Counted from the stretch's first letter, positions 1 through 10,180 are shown. The stretch is DNA of 64,000 bases from an uncultured Elusimicrobia bacterium (GCA_963702895.1 OY969767.1:1216001-1280000), one strand, 5' to 3'. Numbers and translations: made by a program. The notes: generated by a model from the sequence alone, not told the origin.

Positions 1-278
1 TGCGCTGCAAGGTACTTCCCGATCATTCCGCCATCCACGGCATTCGAATAGGCCAAGGAATCGATGCCCACGTACTTGAACTCTTTGCAATGATGCATTT
101 CAATAATCACTGGTACCGCAAATCCGCCAGCCTGGAATCCAATTTCAAGCACTCGTGAGCGCTCGTTCAGCTTGAGCCATTCGACGGCGAACTGTTCCAA
201 GGAAGGGTGCTCGGCGCCGATGTGCCATCGGTCTTTTGGTAGTCCAATCTCTGTGTAGTGATCTACCAAGAGTTTCAC
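1..278 (-). CDS. Class I SAM-dependent methyltransferase, N-terminal part (runs off the window edge)
   Basis: Not in the ORF track; translated by hand from a GTG overlapping the upstream stop (GTGA): MKLLVDHYTEIG...SRVLEIGFQAGGF...YVGIDS. It carries SAM motif I and a post-II acidic residue and stays open to position 1. Confidence 0.7.
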   Translation of the reverse strand, partial: MKLLVDHYTEIGLPKDRWHIGAEHPSLEQFAVEWLKLNERSRVLEIGFQAGGFAVPVIIEMHHCKEFKYVGIDSLAYSNAVDGGMIGKYLAA

Positions 279-1330
279 GGGATCCTCTGTGCAGCCAGAC
301 ACTTACGGATGGCTGTCACATATGCTTCGCACATGCGCTCTCCGGAAGGCGCGTTCGCCAAGACCCTTTGCCGAAGTGCCGCGTACTTGGACATCATTTC
401 AGAGAATGCCTCTGTCAAGTTATTGCGAAAGCCGATGCCGAACTCCCGTCCAAGCTCGGGAATCGCGCCTCCGTCGGAATGGTAGAGGAGCGGCAAGCCG
501 CATTGCAAACCTTCGATGAAATGCATCCCACCAGGCTCCCAGCGTGAGGCCGTGATGTAGACATGGCAAGAGCGAAGCAAATCGGCTAAAGCGGAGCCGT
601 ACCGTGGAGGATGGCATTCCGCTGATTTCCATCGAACCGACGAAGGCCACCGGCCAATGACCACCAACTGAATCCCTGGGAGCTCGCCCGCGGCAATCAT
701 GCGGTCGACCATCTGGTATTCCTCGAAACCTTTCATGGGATTATCGGACCAGTGGTGAGTGACGACGCGCATTACGGTTCCCGGTTGCCAGGGACGATTG
801 CCTGTCGGATGAAAGATGCGCGGATCGGCTCCGTTGAGGATCACCTCATGCGGCTTGGATTGATCAAACCAGCGCGACGCATGGTAATCGCGTAACCAGC
901 TCGAAATAAAAATCGTATAGTCTGCCGTCCTATTGGCATCCTGCAGGGACGCATCCATGAAATCTGTGCCTTTTCGCAGATCGTTTTCATTGACCCGGTG
1001 CAACACGGTAGTGTTCGAATGTGCCTTTTTGTACTGCCCTATGTCGTCGACGCCAAAGCTCGCCCTGGAAGAAGGACGGGCGGCCACCAATAAGATGCAG
1101 TCGACAGGTCTTTGCAGATCAAAACGTACGGAATAGCCCATCTTGCGTAGATGCCGTGTTATTTGGACAAGCCATTGATTGCCACCACCCCAAGGTTGTT
1201 CGATGGGTTGCATATTCAGCGCGACACGGGCGATTGGATCCTGAGGATCTGGGAAATCATTCAGAGATCCATCGGATCTGAGCGTAAGTGACCTAAATTT
1301 GGAGATTATGTTTCGGGAAAGTTTGATCAT
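275..1330 (-). CDS. Glycosyltransferase family 4 (GT-B)
   Basis: PWGGGNQW N-terminal motif, ILNGADPRIF, and C-terminal YITASRWEPGGMHFIEGLQCGLP (E-x7-E type signature). Confidence 0.85.
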   Translation of the reverse strand: MIKLSRNIISKFRSLTLRSDGSLNDFPDPQDPIARVALNMQPIEQPWGGGNQWLVQITRHLRKMGYSVRFDLQRPVDCILLVAARPSSRASFGVDDIGQYKKAHSNTTVLHRVNENDLRKGTDFMDASLQDANRTADYTIFISSWLRDYHASRWFDQSKPHEVILNGADPRIFHPTGNRPWQPGTVMRVVTHHWSDNPMKGFEEYQMVDRMIAAGELPGIQLVVIGRWPSSVRWKSAECHPPRYGSALADLLRSCHVYITASRWEPGGMHFIEGLQCGLPLLYHSDGGAIPELGREFGIGFRNNLTEAFSEMMSKYAALRQRVLANAPSGERMCEAYVTAIRKCLAAQRIP

Positions 1331-3786
1331 AGGGTGTTACAACTTTCAATGACTCGCCCCATGGCGTTTGCGAGGTGCTGCTCGCTAAAATGGTTGACGA
1401 CAGCTTCCCGCGCGCGCAGACCGATGCTGTGTAAGCGTTCCGGTTGCCGCCAAAGCGTATGAATGGCTTCTTTCAATGCTCGCACATCACCCGGAGGGAC
1501 AAAAAGGCAATGAACTCCGTCTTGTAAAAAGTCCCCCCCCCACCAACCGCGGGTCCGTGTCACGATGACGGCTTTGCGGCAGGCCATGGCTTGCAGAACC
1601 GAGCTTTGTCCGGAAGGCTGATCTTGGTCGTGCAGAGGAATAACAATGAAGCTTGCTTCCGAATACATTTTTCGCAGTTCAACAGAGGGATGACGGCTGG
1701 TCTGACGAATGTTTGGGTATAGGTCAATTCGCAAGCGTTGGCGGCTGATGATATGGAGAGGCAAGCCTTGAGACGCTTCAAAAAGTGTCGGATAATCGCG
1801 ACCCTGATCTGAGCCGACGCTGAGAATTTCCCTTGCGGTGGCGGTCGTTCCGGTATGAGCCCAAAATTGGGTGTCGACACCAAATGGAATTACCTCAATG
1901 TGCCCGGGGTCAAGCCGCAAACAATCTGAGAGGCCCTGACGGGCTCCCTGCCCCAGTACGACGAAACGATCGACTTCAGAGTTGAGCAATCGGATCACTT
2001 GACGTGATAGCCATTTCTCCAACCCATAACGCTGAAGGCGGTCGCTTAAGCCTTGGCTCATGTAAACTAATCGCGTCCGCAACAAGCCAACTTTCTTTAG
2101 AAGAGCCACAGGCAGACCACAAGCATCGTTTGTCGCGATCACCACACGGGCCTGCCGAAAGGCATCGATGTGGCGTAGTGCCATCGGAAGGGCACAGCCT
2201 AACCCTACACGACGGCTAAAGATTTTCTCGATCGGATGCCAGAAGATCTGAAACGGATTCCATCCGCCATCTTCCGCGAAGGCCGTGCCATAGTGTCTCG
2301 CCAAGGACATCATTCCGTAAAAGAATTCCGAACCTTCTTCACCCTTCTCAAAGTTAGCCAGCCGTTCCTTGCGTCCCCGGCGATAAACCCAAAGGACACG
2401 GGAGGGGTTTTGGGTGGACAAAGATCGCGACTGCAACTGCTGACCGATCAAGGCATTCAATCGCTCACCATACGGCGCGGCGCTAGTCTCCACAAAAAAT
2501 CGGCACTGTGCTTTTAGGCGTTCGGGCAGACCAGGCGTGTTGGTCATTTGGAGAAGGCGGGAACAGTCATCCACCAGTTTCTCTCGAACTTCCACTTTAA
2601 TGCAGTCAACCTGCTCCAGAAAGTCTTTGAAGTGGGCCATATTCGCCATTGTGAATAGGAAGGTGTTCGCGCGAAGGTCCTCATCAGGAATATAAACCGC
2701 GATCGGCTTCCCATGCATCGCCGCTTCAAGGAGCATTGTGGATAGTGGCGAGATGACAGCATCTACTGCATTCAAAACGACATGGGTATCTTCATAATCG
2801 GCTAATTCCACATACATCCGCTCACCAGAGCGTCCTTGTCGATAGCACTCTCCCATATGAGGGTCCATAAGTACATTTTTAAAATGCACCTTAAAGAAAT
2901 CCTTTTCTTCGGAGGGGTACTGACGCCATGGGTGGGGTCGATAAAGGATCCGGCAGGTTGGCATGCGGCCTTCTGTGACGGCTTGGTCCAGGATCTCTAG
3001 ATGCCGTGCTTCATTCAGTCCCTTGCTCGAGCCCGCATAGAGAAGGACTTTCTCTTCAGGGCCGATACCTAACCGTCCGCGGAAAGACGCGCAATCCTCT
3101 TTGGGAGGTCGTTGATAGACATCAAACTGCGCACCCCCCAGACAAATAATCTTTTCGGCTGGGATTCCGAGGCGTGTGATAGCGAGATGCTTCGAATGTT
3201 CACCCCAAACAACGAGTCGATCAGGTGAGCCCACCATCATCGCTTTCGTCGCGGGGTTGTCCCATGAGTTCATGAGGAAAATAGTGGGTGTCCCATGTGC
3301 TTGTCCCCATCGCAGTAGATCTGACACGAAAAGGCCTTCCAAAACGGTCGGATGGAGTAGTAAAGACGGCTTCTCTTCCGTCAAGAGTTGTTCAAGGGGC
3401 AGGTTTCGACCGATGCGAGCGAGCAGCTGTCTGCGTCGTAAAGGGAAAGTGACGGGCCACGAAAAGAGCCAGGCTTTGAAAAAGTCCCGCCGTCCAAGAC
3501 TATCTTTCCAGAATTGGAAGGCGGATCGTTTGTCGGGTGTACGACGCATGCGCTTCAGTACAGCGGAGTGATAAAGGCGTCGATACAAGATGACGCGGTC
3601 GTTGGAGACGGCGAGTGTGCGGTATCGGGGAATAGGGAGATTTCCGAGATTGCTTTTCACCCGTTTATGGTTTTCGGGAAAGATATAAACCACCTCATGC
3701 TCCCGCTCAAGTGGAGCGAGGACACGGTTCAGCACAAAATGCCGGATCATAATATCGTGGTCTATGAAAATCGCGATCTTAGCCAT
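1327..3786 (-). CDS. Two-domain glycosyltransferase: N-terminal GT-B domain (CDP-glycerol/ulosonic-acid transferase-like) fused to a C-terminal GT4 domain
   Basis: N-half has MNSWDN, LVVWGE, YRPHP and STMLLEAAMHGKP. C-half has IPFGVDTQFW, SVGSDQGRDY and SGQSSVLQAMACRKAVI. Start placed at ATG 3786 (MAKIAIF), which overlaps the upstream stop. Confidence 0.75.
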   Translation of the reverse strand: MAKIAIFIDHDIMIRHFVLNRVLAPLEREHEVVYIFPENHKRVKSNLGNLPIPRYRTLAVSNDRVILYRRLYHSAVLKRMRRTPDKRSAFQFWKDSLGRRDFFKAWLFSWPVTFPLRRRQLLARIGRNLPLEQLLTEEKPSLLLHPTVLEGLFVSDLLRWGQAHGTPTIFLMNSWDNPATKAMMVGSPDRLVVWGEHSKHLAITRLGIPAEKIICLGGAQFDVYQRPPKEDCASFRGRLGIGPEEKVLLYAGSSKGLNEARHLEILDQAVTEGRMPTCRILYRPHPWRQYPSEEKDFFKVHFKNVLMDPHMGECYRQGRSGERMYVELADYEDTHVVLNAVDAVISPLSTMLLEAAMHGKPIAVYIPDEDLRANTFLFTMANMAHFKDFLEQVDCIKVEVREKLVDDCSRLLQMTNTPGLPERLKAQCRFFVETSAAPYGERLNALIGQQLQSRSLSTQNPSRVLWVYRRGRKERLANFEKGEEGSEFFYGMMSLARHYGTAFAEDGGWNPFQIFWHPIEKIFSRRVGLGCALPMALRHIDAFRQARVVIATNDACGLPVALLKKVGLLRTRLVYMSQGLSDRLQRYGLEKWLSRQVIRLLNSEVDRFVVLGQGARQGLSDCLRLDPGHIEVIPFGVDTQFWAHTGTTATAREILSVGSDQGRDYPTLFEASQGLPLHIISRQRLRIDLYPNIRQTSRHPSVELRKMYSEASFIVIPLHDQDQPSGQSSVLQAMACRKAVIVTRTRGWWGGDFLQDGVHCLFVPPGDVRALKEAIHTLWRQPERLHSIGLRAREAVVNHFSEQHLANAMGRVIESCNTL
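1533..1541 (-). repeat. G9 homopolymer in the coding strand of the fused glycosyltransferase
   Basis: Nine consecutive C on the + strand (codons TGG GGG GGG GAC). Confidence 0.9.
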
Positions 3787-4489
3787 GGCTTGAATGCATT
3801 TCTGTTTCCACGCGAGCAAAATCCTCAAGAGTGTCAATGCTAATCAGCGGTTCACGGATAATGACGGCGCCCGTTTTACGGCCCTTGATCGTCTTTTGTT
3901 CTAAAAGGCATGCGCGGGTTAGCGCATAGGCCGCACCATTGCGATGGTAAACGGCTGAGAGTTGCTGTCGAGCAATAATGTCAGCCGCGCGTTGGTCGTA
4001 ATACTCCAAAGAACCATGAGAGTCCACCAGCAGCTGCTTGAGGGGGTGGTATTTTAGATCCGTCTCTGAAACTGTCCAAACAGAGTCGTAACTTTCTGCC
4101 ATCAGTTTCTCGACCACGCTTTCGATATGGCGAGCCCTGCGTAATGGAGAAGTGGGTTGCAGGAGCACGATAATGTCATAAGTTCGTTTATCGAATCGTT
4201 CGACTTCCCCCAAGGCATGGCGGAGAACCGCATAATCACTGATGAGATCTCCAGATAAGTCCTGGGGACGCATAAAGGGGGCCTCGAGTCCATATTGCAT
4301 GGCCACAGCGGCGATCTCAGAGTCATCTGTTGAAACAATAGCCCGATCGAAGATCCCCACCTCGCGGATGATGTCGGCAGTGTAAGCGAGTAGGGGCTTG
4401 CCGCATAAGGGGTGAATGTTTTTACGTGGAACACCCTTGCTGCCACCACGAGCGGGTACGATCGCGATCACGTGGCTATTTCGATACAT
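3779..4489 (-). CDS. neuA: Acylneuraminate cytidylyltransferase family (CMP-ulosonic acid synthetase)
   Basis: AIVPARGGSKGVPRKN, VSTDD, LLQPTSPLR, RNGAAY, SIDTLEDF. Confidence 0.9.
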   Translation of the reverse strand: MYRNSHVIAIVPARGGSKGVPRKNIHPLCGKPLLAYTADIIREVGIFDRAIVSTDDSEIAAVAMQYGLEAPFMRPQDLSGDLISDYAVLRHALGEVERFDKRTYDIIVLLQPTSPLRRARHIESVVEKLMAESYDSVWTVSETDLKYHPLKQLLVDSHGSLEYYDQRAADIIARQQLSAVYHRNGAAYALTRACLLEQKTIKGRKTGAVIIREPLISIDTLEDFARVETEMHSSHG

Positions 4490-4724
4490 GGTGAAAAGGT
4501 GTTTCCGAGTGTTGAGGCTTCATCTCAGGGAGATCTACTAAAACTAACTGTTCGGGGTTTAAACTCAACAAACGTCGAGATTCAGGCCCATCTTTGGAGC
4601 TGATCTCAAGAATGCGACGTATCGGCAACTGGCCACGCACAACCTGTATTTCTTCAAAAAGAAGTTTGCGGTACTCCCACGGATCTTGTGGTGCGCGCAA
4701 GGCTCGCCAAATCATTTTACGCAT
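4476..4724 (-). pseudogene. Probable truncated methyltransferase remnant (82 aa)
   Basis: RILEISSKDG...LVLVDLPE resembles a degenerate SAM motif I plus the following beta strand. The ORF ends long before a full Rossmann fold and overlaps both neighbours. Confidence 0.45.
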
Positions 4725-5370
4725 AGACAGTATTTTCCTGGGCCAGAAGGCCTGGTAGCTGGCGGAGCGATTGGATCAAAGTTGGTGGTCGGCTCTTGAA
4801 ATCGTTGAAAGAATTCTCGAGACCAGCAAAATGACAACCGACGAGCACGGCGGCGTTCCAATCGGTCTGATGGTCTCCGATGAAAAGAGAGTCTCGTGGC
4901 GCTGTGCCTGCGTCCGCTAAAATCGAGTGTAGATTTTGGGCTTTGGACTCGGGCCGGCCTCGGATAGCGCGGAACCAACTCTCCCAGCCCCTTTGACGGA
5001 TAATACGTACAAGGATCTTGCGTGGTGTGTCCGAATTCACCGCGGTCACGTATCTTCTTGCCAAATCCGGCAGGATCTCAGATGCGCCGTCGATCTCAGG
5101 GCACTTCACTGTCGATTCTTCGCAGAGTTCATTGTATTGCGCTGCGAGAGATTTCAAAAGGTTGGCAGACTCTTTTGCCAGCCAGTGTCTATTGCTCAGC
5201 ACCGCACGGATGACTCCGAAGCGATCCGCGTGAGGATGGGATCGAATCGTTGCTTCGACAACTTCCGCTGGCACATTCAAAGGCTTAAAAATATGGAGAT
5301 AAGCATTCTGTTTGATCGCATTGGAATCCACCAGGACGCCGTCAAAATCAAATATAAGCGTACGGATCAT
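4717..5370 (-). CDS. HAD-superfamily hydrolase (probable sugar-phosphate phosphatase)
   Basis: LIFDFDGVLVDS motif I, VNS motif II, PESK motif III, FIGDHQTD motif IV. Confidence 0.9.
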   Translation of the reverse strand: MIRTLIFDFDGVLVDSNAIKQNAYLHIFKPLNVPAEVVEATIRSHPHADRFGVIRAVLSNRHWLAKESANLLKSLAAQYNELCEESTVKCPEIDGASEILPDLARRYVTAVNSDTPRKILVRIIRQRGWESWFRAIRGRPESKAQNLHSILADAGTAPRDSLFIGDHQTDWNAAVLVGCHFAGLENSFNDFKSRPPTLIQSLRQLPGLLAQENTVYA

Positions 5371-6932
5371 TGGTTCTGAGTGGTCGATGCTGGTAGTGGT
5401 GAGAGGTGCTCCGGAGCAATTTGATAGCGGCCCCAGTTGTTTACGACCGTCTTGCGCGCTGAACGTTCTAACTTGTTAATGTCCTTGTCTTCATAAAATG
5501 AATCGTCGTTGAAGTGCGTGGATGAGATCTCTTCGAATATCGCACCTTGGTCAGACCAGAACCGATGCCATACGCCCTGTGGGACAAGTTGAATATCGCC
5601 GGGATAGAGTGTGCGTGCATGCCCTTCCACCTCAGTCTCAAGGATGCCATGGAGGACTTGGAAGGTTTCTTCCTTGCGCTTGTGGAAGTGAAGTGGATGC
5701 TTCTGACCAGGCAGCATGATCAAGAGCTTTTTGCAGTAATCGCGATTTATGCATTCGATGATCGTCGTACCGAATTTCGGGAACTCTGTTATACCGTAGT
5801 GGTGTGAAAACTCCGCCTTGAAATCTGTGTTTAGCGCAATGCGTGCTTCGTTGAGCATCCCCTTGATGCTATGGATAGCCGTATAGAGAACCTGAGCATC
5901 TGGGTTATGAGGAATCTTGACCTTTGCTCGCACGATCGCAGAGTCTGCCGTGACGGGTTCAAGCGGTATCATCCCCTCCTTCCACTCGCCAGCAGGAAGC
6001 TGTCCGTCGACGAGGGGCATTGCAAAATAAACTCTATCGCGGCGGATAATCTCTCCAGGTTTCAAAGACTGTTGTGCATAAATGCCTCTCTTTAACGAGG
6101 CGAGACTCTCTATTTCTTCAGGAATGACGAGTCTCTCCCGTTCACCGCAGATCTTCTTGGCCTCGAGCGCAGCTTGAACCCATCGGTCCACCTGTTCTGG
6201 TGTGCTCGAATAGTGATTAAGCTGAATGGAATCCGTTGGAAGACCGACGTGTCGTTCGAAGATCTCAGCACCCTTTGAGACTGCAACCTGCACCGGCAGC
6301 ATCCATTCGGGGTTTTCATGAGACGAAAGGCCGATCGTCTGATTGGGGTATCGTTGTCTGAGAAAATCAATCTGATTGAGCTGAAGCTTATCTGCTGGTG
6401 TCGGATAAAGGGCGACACAATGCATAATCGCAAAGTGAACTTTGCGGTGGTCAAAGAAACTGACCAGATCATCAATCTGCTTCACGCTTAAACCGCCAGT
6501 AGAGAAAATGACGGGCTTGTTAGTTCCGGCGATCTTCTCAATGAGAGGCCAATCCGTGGCCGAGCAGCTGCCAACCTTGATGACTTCTATGCCCTGCGAC
6601 ATAATCTCATTCACGGAGGCTTCATCAAAAGGCGTGCAAACAGAAATGAGTCCAGAGCGCTTAACCGCTTCCAGCATGGTGGCAAACTCAGGCGAGGAGA
6701 GTCGTGTGGAGACAAAGCGTGAAATGTGTTTGTTGTTGGAGGCCTGTCGGTGGCTGGGGTGGATCATGGTGTCAAGACTTCGGAATTGGAACTTGACTGC
6801 TCCTCTGATGCGGTGATGCTTGGCGATTTGCGACATCGCCTGGATGATGCGCAATCCGTGCTCAACGCTTCCCTGATGGTTGTTGGCCATTTCAAAGATA
6901 AATAAATTACGAAAATCAAAATATGTATTCAT
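5367..6932 (-). CDS. NeuB-family PEP-dependent ulosonic acid synthase with SAF and C-terminal cupin domains
   Basis: IFEMANNHQG, AVKFQFR, CTPFD, IKVGS, IFSTGG, MHCVALYP, IFERH. C-terminal cupin motifs HPLHFHKRKEETF and VPQGVWHRF. GGAG RBS upstream. Confidence 0.88.
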   Translation of the reverse strand: MNTYFDFRNLFIFEMANNHQGSVEHGLRIIQAMSQIAKHHRIRGAVKFQFRSLDTMIHPSHRQASNNKHISRFVSTRLSSPEFATMLEAVKRSGLISVCTPFDEASVNEIMSQGIEVIKVGSCSATDWPLIEKIAGTNKPVIFSTGGLSVKQIDDLVSFFDHRKVHFAIMHCVALYPTPADKLQLNQIDFLRQRYPNQTIGLSSHENPEWMLPVQVAVSKGAEIFERHVGLPTDSIQLNHYSSTPEQVDRWVQAALEAKKICGERERLVIPEEIESLASLKRGIYAQQSLKPGEIIRRDRVYFAMPLVDGQLPAGEWKEGMIPLEPVTADSAIVRAKVKIPHNPDAQVLYTAIHSIKGMLNEARIALNTDFKAEFSHHYGITEFPKFGTTIIECINRDYCKKLLIMLPGQKHPLHFHKRKEETFQVLHGILETEVEGHARTLYPGDIQLVPQGVWHRFWSDQGAIFEEISSTHFNDDSFYEDKDINKLERSARKTVVNNWGRYQIAPEHLSPLPASTTQNQ

Positions 6933-6941
6933 GGAGCTCTC

Positions 6942-8078
6942 CTAGGATGTTGAAATGAAAGGCATGCTTAAGTCTGTCTTTGCTTCTGCCCGTAAGGCAT
7001 CGTTCGTGAAACCTTGATCATAATCCAGATAAATTGTGGATCCATTGGCTGCTGATTGGTGACTGGCAGCCAGAACCAGCATTGTCTCAAGCCCGCGCTC
7101 AAGACCTAAAGGTGAGGTCTTGGACGGATTCTCAAGATGCTCCTGTAGATGTTTAAGCTCTTCGAGGAAATCATCGGGCCTTGTCTTTGGAAATATCTGA
7201 ATCTGATCTGCTTGACCTGGACGGCGGTGGATGACGGCATCGCCTTCTGCGCTATAGTTGATCGCCCACTCAAGGCTTGATTCCGTTCCCTGGACAAGCA
7301 CGCGTTTCCTGGAAGGAATTGTGACCACATCCTGAACAACGCGCCCCAAAAGACCGTCTTCGGTGCGCAGGGTGGCGAAATAAAGTTGGTCATACTCAGC
7401 TTTCCCTTCTTTCGCGTATTGCATACAGGCACTCACAGCTTGGACGCGGCCAAATCCAAGCGCATGCGTAAAATGTTGCCATAGATTGAGTGCGTGTGAG
7501 TGCTCACCGCTAGCACCACCTCCTTGCTCCCAGTATCCGAGATAGGTATCTTCGGGTCCACGAAGCCAGGGATGGGCCTTAAAGATTCCGGCCCAATGTT
7601 CTCTGAATTCCACGTCAAGCGTTAACACGCGACCCAACTGACCTTCGCGGAGGAGCCTTTCTACATAGCGTGAGGCTCGACTGACGACATGATCGTAACC
7701 AACGAAGATCTTTGTTTGGGACCGAGCCGAGGCTTCATACAACTCTTGTGCGCCGATCAAGGAGGGCAGACAGAGTGGTTTCTCAATCATGATGGCCCGA
7801 GGGTTCTCATGAAGGGCCTGTAACGCAAGCGGGACATGATACGGTGGAGGAGTCCCGATCAGAATAAGGTCATAGCCTCCTCGAGGGGCAGAGTCATTAA
7901 CAAACTGCTGAATAGTCTTGTCCCAAGAACCGTAGCGCAAGGGGTAAATGTCCTCCCTCATACGCAACAGCGCAGCTTCACTTACATCACAAACGGTCAC
8001 CTCCCACCCCAGGCTTCGCGAGGCATGCGCCAAATGGTTGCCAATCGATCCAGCGCCGAAGATCTTTACTCGAATCAT
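6942..8078 (-). CDS. Gfo/Idh/MocA family oxidoreductase
   Basis: KIFGAGSIG Rossmann motif, IGTPP..H, IEKP, GGGA..EHSH. Start placed at ATG 8078. Confidence 0.88.
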   Translation of the reverse strand: MIRVKIFGAGSIGNHLAHASRSLGWEVTVCDVSEAALLRMREDIYPLRYGSWDKTIQQFVNDSAPRGGYDLILIGTPPPYHVPLALQALHENPRAIMIEKPLCLPSLIGAQELYEASARSQTKIFVGYDHVVSRASRYVERLLREGQLGRVLTLDVEFREHWAGIFKAHPWLRGPEDTYLGYWEQGGGASGEHSHALNLWQHFTHALGFGRVQAVSACMQYAKEGKAEYDQLYFATLRTEDGLLGRVVQDVVTIPSRKRVLVQGTESSLEWAINYSAEGDAVIHRRPGQADQIQIFPKTRPDDFLEELKHLQEHLENPSKTSPLGLERGLETMLVLAASHQSAANGSTIYLDYDQGFTNDALRAEAKTDLSMPFISTS

Positions 8079-8147
8079 GTGGTCTTTTGAATGAAGCACA
8101 TATGATCTAGGCTAAAGGCTCTGTATCCCATATATCTTTCCTTAAAC

Positions 8148-10067
8148 TCATGATAGCGGTTGCACTGGTGTTCGCCCGAATTCAGATGCCATCTGTTGGA
8201 AAACTGAGACGTTGGCTTGCAGAGTGTGGTACGTTCCCTCTCCGGCGAGGCGTCCATGGTCCAAGACAAAGATTTTATCACAATCCATGATCATCGTCAG
8301 ACGATGAGCGATGATAAACAAAGTCATCTGCCCACGCAGCTCTTTGAGAGTCTCTAAGATCTCACGCTCGGTTATGGCGTCAAGTGCACTCGTTGCCTCA
8401 TCAAAGATTAAGACGTCGGGGCGGCAGTACAGAGCCCTAGCGATGGCGATCCGCTGCCTTTGCCCTCCGGAAAATCGAATGCCGCGTTCACCTAAGCGGG
8501 TGCTCGCGCCGTCCGGCAGCGTCTGGACAAGAGACGTTAAATGCGCCGTGCGTATACATTGGTCCAGCCATGCCTCATCCACCGCCGAAGGTGCCACCCC
8601 GAAGGCAATATTAGCCCTGAGGGTATCGTCCAATATATAGGGGGATTGCGAGACATACCCAATTCGCTGTTGCCAGGTGCGGCGATCAAACTCATGGAGC
8701 GACCTTCCGTCTATTAGCAAACGTCCTTCAGAAGGCTCTAGTAAACCCACTAAGATATCGACTAGCGTGCTTTTGCCTGCGCCAGAACGTCCGACAAAGG
8801 CGTAGTATCCGGCTCGTTCAAGGGTCAATGAGATCTTTTGCAGTGCCCACTCGTCGGTGTCGGGGTATCGATAACTGATCTCGGATGCCTGGAGCGTATG
8901 CCAGTTGTGAATCGGCAATTTGTTTTCGTTGTCGATAGCTTCTAGCGCTTTCGAAGATTCAATACTTTCTAGAATCGCATGAATACCTTCGATTTGCGGC
9001 AAGGCATTGGCCAGGATGGTCCAAGATCTAGAGATATTGCTAATTGAAGGGATGATCTTTGAAATGACGATAACCAACAATGCCAATTGTGCGGCAATCT
9101 GCCCGGGTGTCAGACCAATGCGCCAGAAGGTAAGCGAAATGCCGATGAGGGTCAATTGCCCTAGCGTGACGAGAATAATACCGGGTGTCTCTTGGCCTAC
9201 CGTCAAGTAAGAATTCACTTTCGATAAAATGTCAAACGATCGCTCAAAGAGTCCTATAAAGAAACTTTCGCGTGAGCTCAGCTTTACGTCTCTCATTCCT
9301 GCGAGAGCTTGTTGCACCGAAAGCATAGAGTCGTCGACGGCTTTTCGCTTAATCATGCTCCAGCGCCGCAGAATGGGCCTCACGAATGCGAACCCAAGCA
9401 GGGCTAAGGCGCTGATGACCGCAAACGCGATTAACCCGATCTTTGGTGAGAGTGTGATGACCAGCCCTAATGCTAAGAGACTTGAGACTACATCGTTTCC
9501 ACTGATTAACGTACGCTGAATGAAGGAGCGGCTCCACGTCAGAGCATCTTCATAAATGAGACGCGACAAGACAGTGCTGTTGCGTGAGAGAAACCACGCA
9601 TAGGGAGCGTGAATGCATCTCTTTAATAAGTCGCAAGCCAAGCGAGTCTGGCAAGCGGCAACATAAAGATTCAACGCATAGATGAACAGCCATTTACACG
9701 CCGTGCCGACCAGGATAATGCCGATTAACACGAGCCCAAGAGCTGGCATCAAGTGCTCAAGAGCAGGACTTCCCAGCCGGGCATACAGATTAGCTAGGCG
9801 ACTATTGGTCTGCAGGCTTTCCGGCTGGATAAGAATATTGATAAACGGGAATATGCAGGCCACGGCAAGGAGTTCCAAGAAACTGCTGATAACAGCGGCG
9901 ACTGACAGCGCGATCCCTTGTCGGAGTTCCTTGGGTGTCCATAGGTCATAACCCATGCGCAAGGCTTTAAAGAATCGTCGGTGCCAAGATGCTCTTGCGA
10001 TTGATTCGCTGTTATTCATGGCAGACTTCAGAACTTCTTTCCGGGCTAAACGTGCGCTGGATCTCAT
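8148..10067 (-). CDS. ABC transporter permease/ATP-binding fusion (MsbA/PglK-like glycan flippase)
   Basis: N-terminal TM helices, Walker A GRSGAGKST, signature FSGGQRQR, Walker B LIFDEATSALD, IAHRL. True start may be 10019. Confidence 0.9.
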   Translation of the reverse strand: MRSSARLARKEVLKSAMNNSESIARASWHRRFFKALRMGYDLWTPKELRQGIALSVAAVISSFLELLAVACIFPFINILIQPESLQTNSRLANLYARLGSPALEHLMPALGLVLIGIILVGTACKWLFIYALNLYVAACQTRLACDLLKRCIHAPYAWFLSRNSTVLSRLIYEDALTWSRSFIQRTLISGNDVVSSLLALGLVITLSPKIGLIAFAVISALALLGFAFVRPILRRWSMIKRKAVDDSMLSVQQALAGMRDVKLSSRESFFIGLFERSFDILSKVNSYLTVGQETPGIILVTLGQLTLIGISLTFWRIGLTPGQIAAQLALLVIVISKIIPSISNISRSWTILANALPQIEGIHAILESIESSKALEAIDNENKLPIHNWHTLQASEISYRYPDTDEWALQKISLTLERAGYYAFVGRSGAGKSTLVDILVGLLEPSEGRLLIDGRSLHEFDRRTWQQRIGYVSQSPYILDDTLRANIAFGVAPSAVDEAWLDQCIRTAHLTSLVQTLPDGASTRLGERGIRFSGGQRQRIAIARALYCRPDVLIFDEATSALDAITEREILETLKELRGQMTLFIIAHRLTMIMDCDKIFVLDHGRLAGEGTYHTLQANVSVFQQMASEFGRTPVQPLS

Positions 10068-10180
10068 TATGTGCGAGACCTTGCCGGTCTGAGTAGCGGA
10101 GATGCTTATAAACGTTATAGCTTCTGACTTCGGAGGCTACCCAGGACTCCTTCATGTTCCGTTCCTTCCTCATGTTGTTT

